Below are positions 21,101 through 29,492 of a stretch of DNA of 64,000 bases, in pieces. The notes under the pieces are model-generated. The model was not told the DNA's origin. It did no database searches and was given only the letters and a program-made list of their open reading frames with translations. The position numbers and the translations under genes were made by a program. The stretch's first letter is position 1. Each line of letters opens with the position of its first letter. This DNA is from Planctomycetota bacterium (lineage in GTDB: Bacteria; Planctomycetota; UBA8108; SXIK01): contig CBDCXR010000004.1 in NCBI GenBank assembly GCA_965223845.1, positions 6,272,001 through 6,336,000 on the forward strand, read 5' to 3'.

Positions 21101-24100
21101 ACGGAGTATGACGGCGCCGGAAGAGCGACGCGGAAGTCCGTCGGCTACGACACGGATGAATCCTCGTACGCGGACGCTCTGACGATCTCCGGCGACACCG
21201 TAGTGACGGAGACTCGCACCGAGTACGACGACGGGGGCACGCCGGTTCTCATCGGCACCTACGAACGCAACCACGACGGCACGGGTACCGGCGCGCTCAC
21301 GGTCGGATCAAGTGGAAACGGACGCGCCCAGTACACCGGCATTTGGTACGATGAGCTGCATCGCCGAGTAGCTACGATCAACTACGGTACAAACGGCGGC
21401 ACGGATCTCACGACCCGTCCGAGTGGTGTCCCCTCTTCGTCGAGCACGAAGCTCCTCACCGAGTGGGCGTACACGATCAAGAGCCAGGCCGAGACGATGA
21501 CCGACCCCGCGGGCATCGATCAGCGCACCGAGTACAAGGACTGGGGTGCTGTCCACAAGACGATCGACAATTACGTCGACGGCACGCCCGGGACGGACAA
21601 CGACCGCACGGTCGAGCGCACCTACAACGCCGACGGGCAGCTTCACAAGATCACGCTGAAGGCTCCGGCCGGTAGCTCGGATCAAGTGACCGAGTACGTC
21701 TACGGCGTTGTCATCGGCTCGACTCCCGACTCGCGGCTCGCGTCAAATGATCTCGTGAAGACGGTGAAGCACCCGGCTGGCGTGGGTGATACCGACGAGA
21801 CGGACTATGCGTACAACGCGCTGGGCGATGTGATCTGGACGGAGGATCAGAACGGGACTGAGCACGCGTACCGCTACGACGGACGCGGGCGTATGGCGCA
21901 CGACATCGCGCAGGCGCTGGGTACTGGAATCGACGGAGCTGTCCGGCGCGTAGCGATCGTTTACGATAGGCTCGACCGGCGGACGGACATCACGACGTAC
22001 GATAGCCATCTCGTTGGATTCGGAAACGTTGTCAACGAGGTCGAGTTCGAGTACGGGAAGTTCGGCGTCGTGGAGGAGATCTTCCAGGAGTGGGACGGGG
22101 CGGTCGGCGGGACTTCTGAGTCGGTCGACTACGCTTACAGTTTCCCTACTGACGGGACGACCGGGCTTCGCCGGACTTCGTTCACTTACCCCGGGGGGAC
22201 AGTCGTCACTGAGGTGTACGATTCCGGCACGGACGATACGATCAGCCGATTGAGCGGGCGGAAGCAGGGGACGAGCTGGATCTTTCAGGACGAGCATCTC
22301 GGGATGGGACGACTCGTCGAGCGGGAGTACGGAACCTCGGACGTGATCTGGACTTTGGTCGGTACGGATTCCGACAACAATGACGACTATCTCGGGCTCG
22401 ATCGGTTCGGGCGGATCGACGACCTACAGGTCAAGGATACTTCCACGAATCCGGACACGCTGATCAATCACTACGAGTTTGAGCACAATGCGCTGGGGCA
22501 GGTGACTCTTCGCGAGGATAAGGTTGGAAACGTAAGTGGGTACTACAGCTTCAATGAGGCGTTCGAGTACGACTCGCTCGGTCGTCTCACCGATCACGAT
22601 CGCGGTCGTTACAACGGGTCGTCGATCTACGACTACACGCGAACCGAGTGCTGGACGCTCAGTCACGCGGGAAACTGGGATCTTTACGAGGACGGAACGC
22701 ACTTGACGAACGTGTGTCCCGATAGTGTGGATCCCGCGCCCGACGTCTCGAACGAGTATCCGACGATCGACAGCACGAATCAGATCTACGATGCGGATGG
22801 CTCGCTTACCCAGCGCGATTTTGGCGACGTCAAGAACTTTACGTATGACGCCTGGGGAAGACTTGTCGAAGTTGAGGATGCGACGGGTACTCCTGTGGTG
22901 ATCGCGACGTATGAGTACAACGGACTTGGTCAGAAGGTGAGACGGACGGACGCGCCCTCCCTTCCGGATACGAAGTACTACTATTCCCTCGAGAGTCAGG
23001 TGATCGAGGAGGTGGATGATTCTGACGACTCTCTGATTGCCTGGACGGTTTGGGGGGCGCAATACGTCGACGACATCGTCATGCGGGGGACGGATACGGG
23101 GACGAGCTACTGGGAGTTTCAGGCGTCGGATCAGAACTTCAATGTAATTACGCGGTTCAGTAACAGCGCGTACGTGTCCAATCGGCATACCTACGACTCC
23201 TACGGCGGACCGCAGGCACTGTATGGAGATTGGAGCTCGGCTTCGCTAAGCGCGGATCGGCACTTGTTCACGGGACGTCAGTATCATACGGACACGGGCC
23301 AGTACGATTACCGGGCGCGGTGGCAGGATCCGGAGCTTGGGCGGTTTTTGAATCGGGATCCGATTGGGAATTGGGGGGACGCGGTCAATGCCGGAAATGG
23401 TTATGGGTATGTGGGCGCGGATCCGGTTGGGGGGTTGGATCCCTTCGGAAAGAACAGTTCCAATATTCCGGGGATGGTTGCGGATGGCTTAGGTCGATTC
23501 GTTTGTTGGGCTTTGTGCAATGGATTAGTCGGAAACGACTGGGAAATGTACGACTGGCCGGAAGGCGCGGCAAATGAGAAGCCGACGATGTGGGGGGCGA
23601 CCGGGCCTAATTCTGCCTACGTTTCGAACCAACTGCAGTGGCGTGTGACAGATCCTACGATTACTGTCCCATGTGGTGGAAAGCAGAGCCGCAAGATTAC
23701 ATGGTCTACTCGAGTTACTTCGAGCTCTGGCTTTAGTTGGAGCATCGGAGTCAAGGGCGCCAAAGGAGGGGACGCCGGAAAGGTCGAAGTGGGGGGTGGA
23801 ATAGGCGGTTCGAGCGGCTCGAGTCACGATTCGGGGACCACCATCAGCGAAGAACACGGCTGGGAAAGCAACGGATTTAAGATGATTATTTATCCGTTTC
23901 TTCTCATGGAGACAGCGAGACACGAGACAGGCGGAGACGTCTTAACTGTTCACTGGGACTATCGGGCCCGCATGTTGAGTTTTTGCATCTGTCGACGTCC
24001 CTGCAAGGCTGAATCGACGGCAGCCGTACTCGACCCCACCGAGAACTTTGCGAGCGGTGGACAAGGCTCTTTTGCAGACACTCCGAATGCGACGAATACT

Positions 24101-24118
24101 CTACCCGCGCAGAGGTGA
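18137..24118 (+). CDS. Rhs/YD-repeat polymorphic toxin with Sec signal peptide
   Basis: Start MNSTRHY with signal peptide (…SALA^Q); many YD.xGR repeats; Rhs core FTGRQY...RARWQDPELGRFLNRDPIG...YGYVGADPVGGLDPFG; 222-aa variable tip from 23450. Confidence 0.92.
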   Translation: MNSTRHYRWNFLFLVGLFAAPLSALAQEDDYEFMPLHAWRILGETGGDDLTTTLMEGFPGLDAEPSKDRWTEPVDGSGGFDNVAPRLGAQEGPGGLEWDPSPTYRTRYKNGTNYTNNGTTRMIGNNWFPKIPYVMDDSYQNQQWIVRFDANTYRVYDQDQSDSYTFWGRNGNAKSKLYVSGNWVYVYDIGGKTYTFNETGSTKRCTKIEGIGSAEITISYTSSAITVIQKSDSSTEVRKWTYTLTDHGSGKRVDKIEVAHKPSTSWVVYRTIEFTYHEQVTSAAGSSTGDLIGIEDTRDLSDSGEDYTRKWVFKYYTGTYNSTTNPGNPYQIAAVIEPGDVKAFDDDNPTLDIYTRTVSQLSGYLTREYEYNSDRRLRDLTLNDDCGCGSGSGAFAYSWAQNGSTPSDLNTWYRKVEIVLPNDARRIIDYNKYGQTLNSILQEDESNSSSRRWITTFRHDTTGRLTDSYSVAACDSYNSSTHVVTTNTTDGMRYQYTYDSDNALSTVKLRDPGNGNWNYQRKKAFTFKTSGSRRRYVKTSDKVYPTETTTDTGSNETTFAYTYHTDALAVKKRTTTLPTVTTAQNGPNSAVSLYAYLEDDGLQTWTKDGEGYVTYTGYDADLRVATTRVVDLDNSNRPTGVPAAPDTVFATTSGLNLVDEWEYDELARRTKHIAPAFDAYNGTSIVSYETTKRWYYSKLSGDELVLMEYPHVGSAYYHAAIDLTVLDHHGDVVTQAKGELASATRGTYLPNDFDETEATLEDGFNGDIVQRTEFEYTGGRQTKASVWSDADLSTADKHETISTYDSSGRLETTKTPAGTITRYSYDVLGRMKTRKVGTIDGGGSDNMTLVEELFYDDEEDTSTNVGDGFLTRRKLDTNHSTSDDRETDTTYDYRGRATDIYEPEDVKVERDYDNLGRVTEDRRYDDSGGSPTLLAKTKSYYDAWGQAYETRTYGIVSGSGTDYTNVETWRDKRGLEVKSLSQGKVFNKTEYDGAGRATRKSVGYDTDESSYADALTISGDTVVTETRTEYDDGGTPVLIGTYERNHDGTGTGALTVGSSGNGRAQYTGIWYDELHRRVATINYGTNGGTDLTTRPSGVPSSSSTKLLTEWAYTIKSQAETMTDPAGIDQRTEYKDWGAVHKTIDNYVDGTPGTDNDRTVERTYNADGQLHKITLKAPAGSSDQVTEYVYGVVIGSTPDSRLASNDLVKTVKHPAGVGDTDETDYAYNALGDVIWTEDQNGTEHAYRYDGRGRMAHDIAQALGTGIDGAVRRVAIVYDRLDRRTDITTYDSHLVGFGNVVNEVEFEYGKFGVVEEIFQEWDGAVGGTSESVDYAYSFPTDGTTGLRRTSFTYPGGTVVTEVYDSGTDDTISRLSGRKQGTSWIFQDEHLGMGRLVEREYGTSDVIWTLVGTDSDNNDDYLGLDRFGRIDDLQVKDTSTNPDTLINHYEFEHNALGQVTLREDKVGNVSGYYSFNEAFEYDSLGRLTDHDRGRYNGSSIYDYTRTECWTLSHAGNWDLYEDGTHLTNVCPDSVDPAPDVSNEYPTIDSTNQIYDADGSLTQRDFGDVKNFTYDAWGRLVEVEDATGTPVVIATYEYNGLGQKVRRTDAPSLPDTKYYYSLESQVIEEVDDSDDSLIAWTVWGAQYVDDIVMRGTDTGTSYWEFQASDQNFNVITRFSNSAYVSNRHTYDSYGGPQALYGDWSSASLSADRHLFTGRQYHTDTGQYDYRARWQDPELGRFLNRDPIGNWGDAVNAGNGYGYVGADPVGGLDPFGKNSSNIPGMVADGLGRFVCWALCNGLVGNDWEMYDWPEGAANEKPTMWGATGPNSAYVSNQLQWRVTDPTITVPCGGKQSRKITWSTRVTSSSGFSWSIGVKGAKGGDAGKVEVGGGIGGSSGSSHDSGTTISEEHGWESNGFKMIIYPFLLMETARHETGGDVLTVHWDYRARMLSFCICRRPCKAESTAAVLDPTENFASGGQGSFADTPNATNTLPAQR

Positions 24119-25473
24119 CGGCCGTGAAGCGAATTGTTATGTTTCGGAGCTATCGGGAGCAGCGCGCGATGCGAAACCGAGCGAAATGGACTGACCGACC
24201 AGGGGGTGGTGAACTGAAGTTCGGTCTCCTGAGGCGGACAACTTGGGCTACGCCGTTCTTCGTGGTTCTCGGAATGCAGGCCGTTTTCGGCGATGAGCGG
24301 CTTTACCAAGAGAACCCTGTGGTAGCTTGGGAGACCTCTTTGCAGATCGTTTCCCAGGATCTTGTGGCGATTGGTGAGGACGGATTCGCAGCGTGCGGGG
24401 TCGAGGCAAAGATCGAGAGTTCGGATCGCCGGCCAGCACTCGTCCGCTTAAAAGGGAATGGCGAGGTTTTGTGGCACAAGAACTACGATCGAGACGCAGG
24501 TTCCGATTGGCTATCGTTATGTGAAGCGCGTGACGGCGGATTAGTCGCAACCGGGGGAACAGGGCGCTCTCTATCCATCGACGACGAACTGATCGTTGTA
24601 CGGGTCAGTGGATCTGGATCCGTCGTTTGGAGCCGGCGCTTTCCCGGTGACGGCAGCAGTCGAGGCACAGACGTTATCGAGACCAAGAGCGGCGATTTTG
24701 TTGTCGCTGGCTATGCATGTGACCGCTCGGGTAATCCGGACGTCGTTCTTCTGCTTGTCGACAGAGTGGGCCGGCTGAGATGGCGAAAGACTTACGGAGG
24801 CGAGGGCGGAGAGGGATATCATGATGGCGGAACTCGTGTGGCGCGAGTCGGCGACGGAGGATACATTGTTGTCGGTACATCCGATTCTCGTTCATTGTGT
24901 CCCGTCGGTGTCGGTCAAGCGATTTACGTAGTACGTACCGATGGACTTGGAAATCGAATATGGGAGCGTACGTATGGGCGAGAAATGGGTGTCGTATTCG
25001 AAGGTTCCAATGTCTTGATAGGTCCGACGGGTGGGGTCATAGTCGCTGGGACGCGGGTTAACGACAATCCGGGACTCGTTTTGTTGCGCCTCGGTCAGGC
25101 TGGTGATCAGAGATCGAACTGGGTTTTCGGTCTTTCGAACCCGCAGGGTCCGGTTGGGATCGACCGGACTCACGATGGCGGCTTCATACTCGGCAACCGC
25201 GACTTAGGCTCGTTTAGATCCGACGCGTACCTGGTGAGAACGAGTGCGAAGGGAGAGAAACAGTGGGATCTGAGAATGGGCGAACGAGGCTATGTGCGCG
25301 TCTTGTCGGTGGTTTCGACGAGGGACGATGGTTGCGTGGCGCTCTGCGTTCGCGCAGATGGGGGCGGATTCGCCGTTAGGTTACGCGTCCGGAGCCCAAA
25401 GTCCCCCAATTCCCGGAACCCGCAAAGGAGCCCCGAACCCGGTTCTCCGAGTCCCGGAACCCGGTGCCCGTGA
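24115..25473 (+). CDS. Repeat (probable beta-propeller) protein, candidate immunity protein; C-terminus appears disrupted
   Basis: Repeated DGG[YF]xxxG...[LV]VRxxxxGxxxWx[KR]xYG units; start overlaps the Rhs stop (GTGA), true start uncertain; lower GC than the flanks by eye. Confidence 0.65.
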   Translation: MTAVKRIVMFRSYREQRAMRNRAKWTDRPGGGELKFGLLRRTTWATPFFVVLGMQAVFGDERLYQENPVVAWETSLQIVSQDLVAIGEDGFAACGVEAKIESSDRRPALVRLKGNGEVLWHKNYDRDAGSDWLSLCEARDGGLVATGGTGRSLSIDDELIVVRVSGSGSVVWSRRFPGDGSSRGTDVIETKSGDFVVAGYACDRSGNPDVVLLLVDRVGRLRWRKTYGGEGGEGYHDGGTRVARVGDGGYIVVGTSDSRSLCPVGVGQAIYVVRTDGLGNRIWERTYGREMGVVFEGSNVLIGPTGGVIVAGTRVNDNPGLVLLRLGQAGDQRSNWVFGLSNPQGPVGIDRTHDGGFILGNRDLGSFRSDAYLVRTSAKGEKQWDLRMGERGYVRVLSVVSTRDDGCVALCVRADGGGFAVRLRVRSPKSPNSRNPQRSPEPGSPSPGTRCP

Positions 25474-25488
25474 GGACTAACCGGGTTC
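25388..25488. repeat. Short array of CCGGAACCCGG-like motifs ending in an inverted copy
   Basis: TCCGGAGCCC (25388), GGAACCCG (25415), GAACCCGGTTC (25435), GAACCCGGT (25457), then reverse-complement ACCGGGTTC (25480). Confidence 0.7.
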
Positions 25489-25896
25489 ATTTGGAAATGC
25501 GTACGCATAAATAGTTATCTTGGCAAGGGCGAGACGCTCCTCCGTCGCCTCAATTGCGCCCGAGCACGACCGAATCAACACAAGTTCACAGCGGACGCCA
25601 AGTTCTCAATCGAGAACCGACTTGCTGAAGCGAGTCCTTCCCCACCCAGCCGCCGGATCTTGGCGCACTCGGAGGCCCGAACGAGCTTGTTCGGTGGCCG
25701 CTACGGAGCGGCTGGAACCGCCCCTGAGAGCATCGGCTCACACTTCTGCCGGTGAAACGCCCGCATCCAGTACGTCCCGGCGGGGAAGACGACGTTCTCG
25801 ACACCGGCGCGATACAGCTCGAGTGCCGCTCGATAGCAGTCGCGGAACGTGACCAGCTCCTCGCGCAGCCCCCGAGCCCGGCTCACACCCGCGCAT
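25480..25896 (-). pseudogene. Truncated second copy of the Y1 transposase element (last ~52 codons plus 221-nt 3' tail)
   Basis: ELVTF...GAVPAAP* (stop 25701-25703) is 39/52 identical by hand count to the C-terminus of 26116..27030; its tail shares sequence blocks with 25897-26115. Confidence 0.85.
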
Positions 25897-26115
25897 ACCG
25901 GGTTCATCTAAAAGTAGGTAATTAAAAAGGATTATTGATGGGCGAGCTCGTCCGTCAAAGCGACGTGACTCTGCGTTCCGATTCTTTCGGAATCAACACG
26001 AATCGTCGTCACGAGCCAAGGTCTCAAGCGCAACGGGCGATCCGATCGCAGTCCTTCTCCGCCGAACGGCCAGATGTTGGCGCGCCTAAGGCCGAGACGA
26101 ACTAGATCGCCCGGG

Positions 26116-27030
26116 CTACGGCGCCGCCGGAACCGCTCCCGAGAAGAGCGGCTCGCACTTCTGACGGAGGAAGACGCGCATCCAGTACGTTCCGGCCGGG
26201 AAGACGGCGTCGCTCACGCCGTCGCGGTACTGCTCGAGCGCCGCTCGGTAGCGCTTTCGGAACGCGATGAGTTCGCGAATCTCTCTTAGTCGGGGGCCGG
26301 GTCGCTTCGCCTGGATGGTTGGCGATAGCCTCCACTTCTTCTCGTAGCTCCAAGGCGAGTCCGTTGGACTTTGGTTTCGGACGCGCTTCGCGCCGAGGAA
26401 GCCCGGACCTTCTCGCTCGACTTCGGCTCGGCATGCAGCTTCGCGTACTGCGACCTCTTCTTCGAGCTCGGCCTTGAATTTTGCGAGGTCGCGATGGGCG
26501 AAGCAGGGAGGAGGGGCGATCTCGAGCGGGACCTCGTCCGGCATGAACTCCGAGAAGAACCAATCGGGCTTCTTTGCATAGAGCGTCGTACGGAGGTCGC
26601 TCGGTGCGCTGCGCACTCCGGGCCACTCCTTCGCGTCGGGAACGAGCCCCGACGACACCGGATTGCAGATCGTGTAGATGAGCTGCCGGCGCACGTCGTT
26701 CGGCTCGATCGCCCGTACACAACTCGGCTTCGACGAGTCGAAGAGGTTGTCAAAGCGGCCCCGCATCGCATTCAGACACCGGGCGAGGAGCGAATTGAGG
26801 CGGTGGAGAAACCGCGGGAGGTGGCCCGCCGGATCGGTGACGAGAAGGTGGTAGTGATTGGAGAGCGCTACGAATCCGTGAACCTCGACGCCCGTCTCCG
26901 CCGCTGCGTAGGCGAGGCAGTAGAGCACGGCTCGATTGACCCTTTCCTCCGGGCGGAGGAGAAACTGCCGCTGAACGCAGCGCCGCGTGACGAGATAGGT
27001 GGCGCCGGGAAGAACCCGTCTCGGCTGCAT
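26116..27030 (-). mobile_element. Y1 HUH transposase (IS200/RAYT-like)
   Basis: TYLVTRRCVQRQFLLRP, HUH motif LSNHYHLLV, catalytic Tyr in IYTICNPVSSGLV, C-terminal FPAGTYWMR. Confidence 0.88.
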
Positions 27031-27628
27031 CGTCGCCGACTCCTCGATTTGGCGAGATGGCGACGGATCCTAACGGCGGATCGGGCACCCATAGCATGAG
27101 GCGTGCGGCTGCGTTAGCAAACGACTCGGGGCTTCGAGTTCGCGTTTCGATCGTTCCGGAGAGCCGCGAGGAGCGCAGGGCGGCGTCGGTCGTTCGCCCG
27201 AAGAGCCGACCCGCCGGCCGAGCGACGAACGAGTCCGATGCCTCTGCTTGTCCACATCGCCAGCGAGTCCGCTGGCACGGGATCAGGAACGTGGGAATCG
27301 ATCCCTCCCGCGCTCATCGGGCCTTCGGACGCTCATCCGGCAGCTCGTTCGTGACGCGCAAATCCAGAAGTTCGGCGCGAACGAGCCACCACAGTTCACC
27401 GGTGGGATTCCTGCGCGCGGCGTGTAGCGCCGGGCTTGAAGCGCGTCGGTACGATCACGACGCGTGGCGCCGTCCTACCCACCCGCTCCGAGCGCACATC
27501 GCTCCTGGATCGAGTTGCAAGGGCGTGAACCATGAGCCGATAGTGACCTAGTATCATCTCGTCATGGTCGCCTGCTGACCGGGGGGACGACATTCGAGAC
27601 CCCTTCACCGAGTTCACCCTATCTGCAA

Positions 27629-27904
27629 GTGGTCACGGGTATGCGTTTCAGCGAGTTCCTTTGCGCCGTACTGATTTGGGCTGCGGTCCTGTTGGGGATT
27701 ACGCTTTCTTGGGGATTCTTCGTCGTGGGTTTTTCGTGGCGGCTTGTGTTCGCAGAACTGACCCTGCTTCTTGGGGCGGTCGCGTTGACCGTGGCGATCC
27801 GTCGCCGGAGAGCGCGCGAAGCTTCAGAAGAGGAGGTCGAGCGGATACTGCAAGAATCCGCATCGGACCAGTCGACCGAAGACCGATCGGGAGACTGCCG
27901 CTGA
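27629..27904 (+). CDS. Small two-TM hypothetical protein
   Basis: Two hydrophobic segments followed by RRRR and an acidic tail. Confidence 0.5.
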   Translation: MVTGMRFSEFLCAVLIWAAVLLGITLSWGFFVVGFSWRLVFAELTLLLGAVALTVAIRRRRAREASEEEVERILQESASDQSTEDRSGDCR

Positions 27905-27961
27905 CCGCGACCCTCCTGCACCCGATCCGGGAGCCCTCCCCGCGGCGCGCTCTCCGCGCCC

Positions 27962-29491
27962 TCAGAACTCCCAGCCGAGCGGTTTCGCCTCGTCCCCGTC
28001 TTCGCCCTCCGGGTCGCTCGCGAGCGGCGAAAACTCCAGCCGTCGACCCGCTCGGTCGTAGGCGATAGCCTTTTTCGTATAGGGATCGACGGGAACGGCC
28101 GGCAGCAGCTTCGCGCGAACGAGCTCCTCGAGCGTCGCCGGCAAGTTCGCTTCGCGCAGCTCGTAGCGTCGAAGTGCGATCATGACGCGCGTCGCCATCG
28201 CACCGAGGCGAGCCGAGCGCAGGTAGCCCGGGTACGCCACGATGTCCCCGAGCGGCATCACGTCGAGCGCGACGAGCTTCCCGAGCGGATTCGTTACACG
28301 TTCCATCGCCCTCTTCGCCGCTTCGAGAGCTCGATCCGTTACATCGATCTTCTCTTCAGTGTCGCCGACCGCATGCCAGATGAGGCTCTCGATGCGGAGA
28401 GCGCTCGGCCACGCGCCCAGCTCGGCCTCGAGCGCGGTCGTCGTCGGTCCGGCTTTCCTGCCGTCGACGAGAATCGCGATGATCTCTCGGTAGCGATCGA
28501 GCGCGAGGCGAAGCGTCGCCGCCGAATCGAACGGAGCGCCGTGCCCGTCGAGGATGTGCGCGAGCTTCGTACGGATCTCATCGCGGAGCGGGCCCTCGAG
28601 CAGATTCGCGGGAAAGAACATGCGGAGCACCCCCGCGATCGGATCGGCCGGCGAGATCGCTCGGAGCGGCGGCACGACGTAGCGCCCGAACTCACTCTGG
28701 AGGGCAGCGCGAAAGCCCTCTGGATCGGGTCCTTCGACCGCGATCGAGCGAAGCTCCTCTTCGGTGAGCCTTCCCGCGGCGACGATTCGCCGCAGCGCGG
28801 CCGTGCATTCACTCCGAAGCGAGATCGACATCATGAAGAGCACGAGGGGGCCGTCTCGCGACCCGAGTCGGCGCGCGATCGCCTGGGCCGCCCGCACTTC
28901 CGCGAGCGCGCGAGCGTCGTGCTTTCGGCGAAGTGCGGACATTGCACGCGCGAGCCGATGCTGCGCGGCGAGGCGCGGCACGGAAGTCGGGTCGCCGGCG
29001 AAGAGTTCCGCGGACGGCACGACGAGCCGCGGCCGCTCGGCACCCCGCTGGATCTTTTCGAGGAGCTCGCCGCGCGCTTCGAGCCACGCGTCGAGCTTCG
29101 GCCAGGTCTCGTCGTCGATCGACGCGACGTACTCTCCGAACGACGGATCGCTCGGCGCCGAAAGAAAATCGTGCGCTTCCGCGATCGCCTCCTCTTCGAA
29201 GAAGTCCGCGACGAGTGCACTCGGATCGATATTTCTCCAGAGGGCGTACGCGTTCTCCTCGTCGGGGGCGGGCTGAACCTTCGCCCGAAACTCTTCGGGG
29301 ACGATCGCCTCCCAGTCGAGCGGCTGAACCTCGCGATCGCCGCTGCGCGGCGGCTCTTCCGCGACTAGGGAAAGGGTCAGCATCCCGGCGCAGAGCGACA
29401 CCGCGAACGCGCGCCGGCAACCCGTCGCACGCCGACATCGAGAAGTGGCAGTGCCGAAACGATCCGGCGATCGATAGCTCGTGTTCTTCAT
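27962..29491 (-). CDS. Exported helical hypothetical protein with pseudopilin-G-like C-terminal motif
   Basis: ENAY motif near the N-terminus; C-terminal ALRRY....LPATLEELV...LPAVPVDPYT.K.I.Y. Confidence 0.6.
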   Translation of the reverse strand: MKNTSYRSPDRFGTATSRCRRATGCRRAFAVSLCAGMLTLSLVAEEPPRSGDREVQPLDWEAIVPEEFRAKVQPAPDEENAYALWRNIDPSALVADFFEEEAIAEAHDFLSAPSDPSFGEYVASIDDETWPKLDAWLEARGELLEKIQRGAERPRLVVPSAELFAGDPTSVPRLAAQHRLARAMSALRRKHDARALAEVRAAQAIARRLGSRDGPLVLFMMSISLRSECTAALRRIVAAGRLTEEELRSIAVEGPDPEGFRAALQSEFGRYVVPPLRAISPADPIAGVLRMFFPANLLEGPLRDEIRTKLAHILDGHGAPFDSAATLRLALDRYREIIAILVDGRKAGPTTTALEAELGAWPSALRIESLIWHAVGDTEEKIDVTDRALEAAKRAMERVTNPLGKLVALDVMPLGDIVAYPGYLRSARLGAMATRVMIALRRYELREANLPATLEELVRAKLLPAVPVDPYTKKAIAYDRAGRRLEFSPLASDPEGEDGDEAKPLGWEF

Positions 29492-29492
29492 C

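Noticed and set aside
25388-25488. Repeat-spacer appearance suggesting a mini CRISPR array
   Set aside because: Repeats are about 9-11 nt and degenerate, spacers about 10-14 nt, and there are no cas genes; reported as a transposase-junction array instead.
27092-27108. Sigma54-like sequence upstream of the transposase (CCGCACG-N4-ATGCT on the minus strand)
   Set aside because: Lacks the invariant GG at -24.
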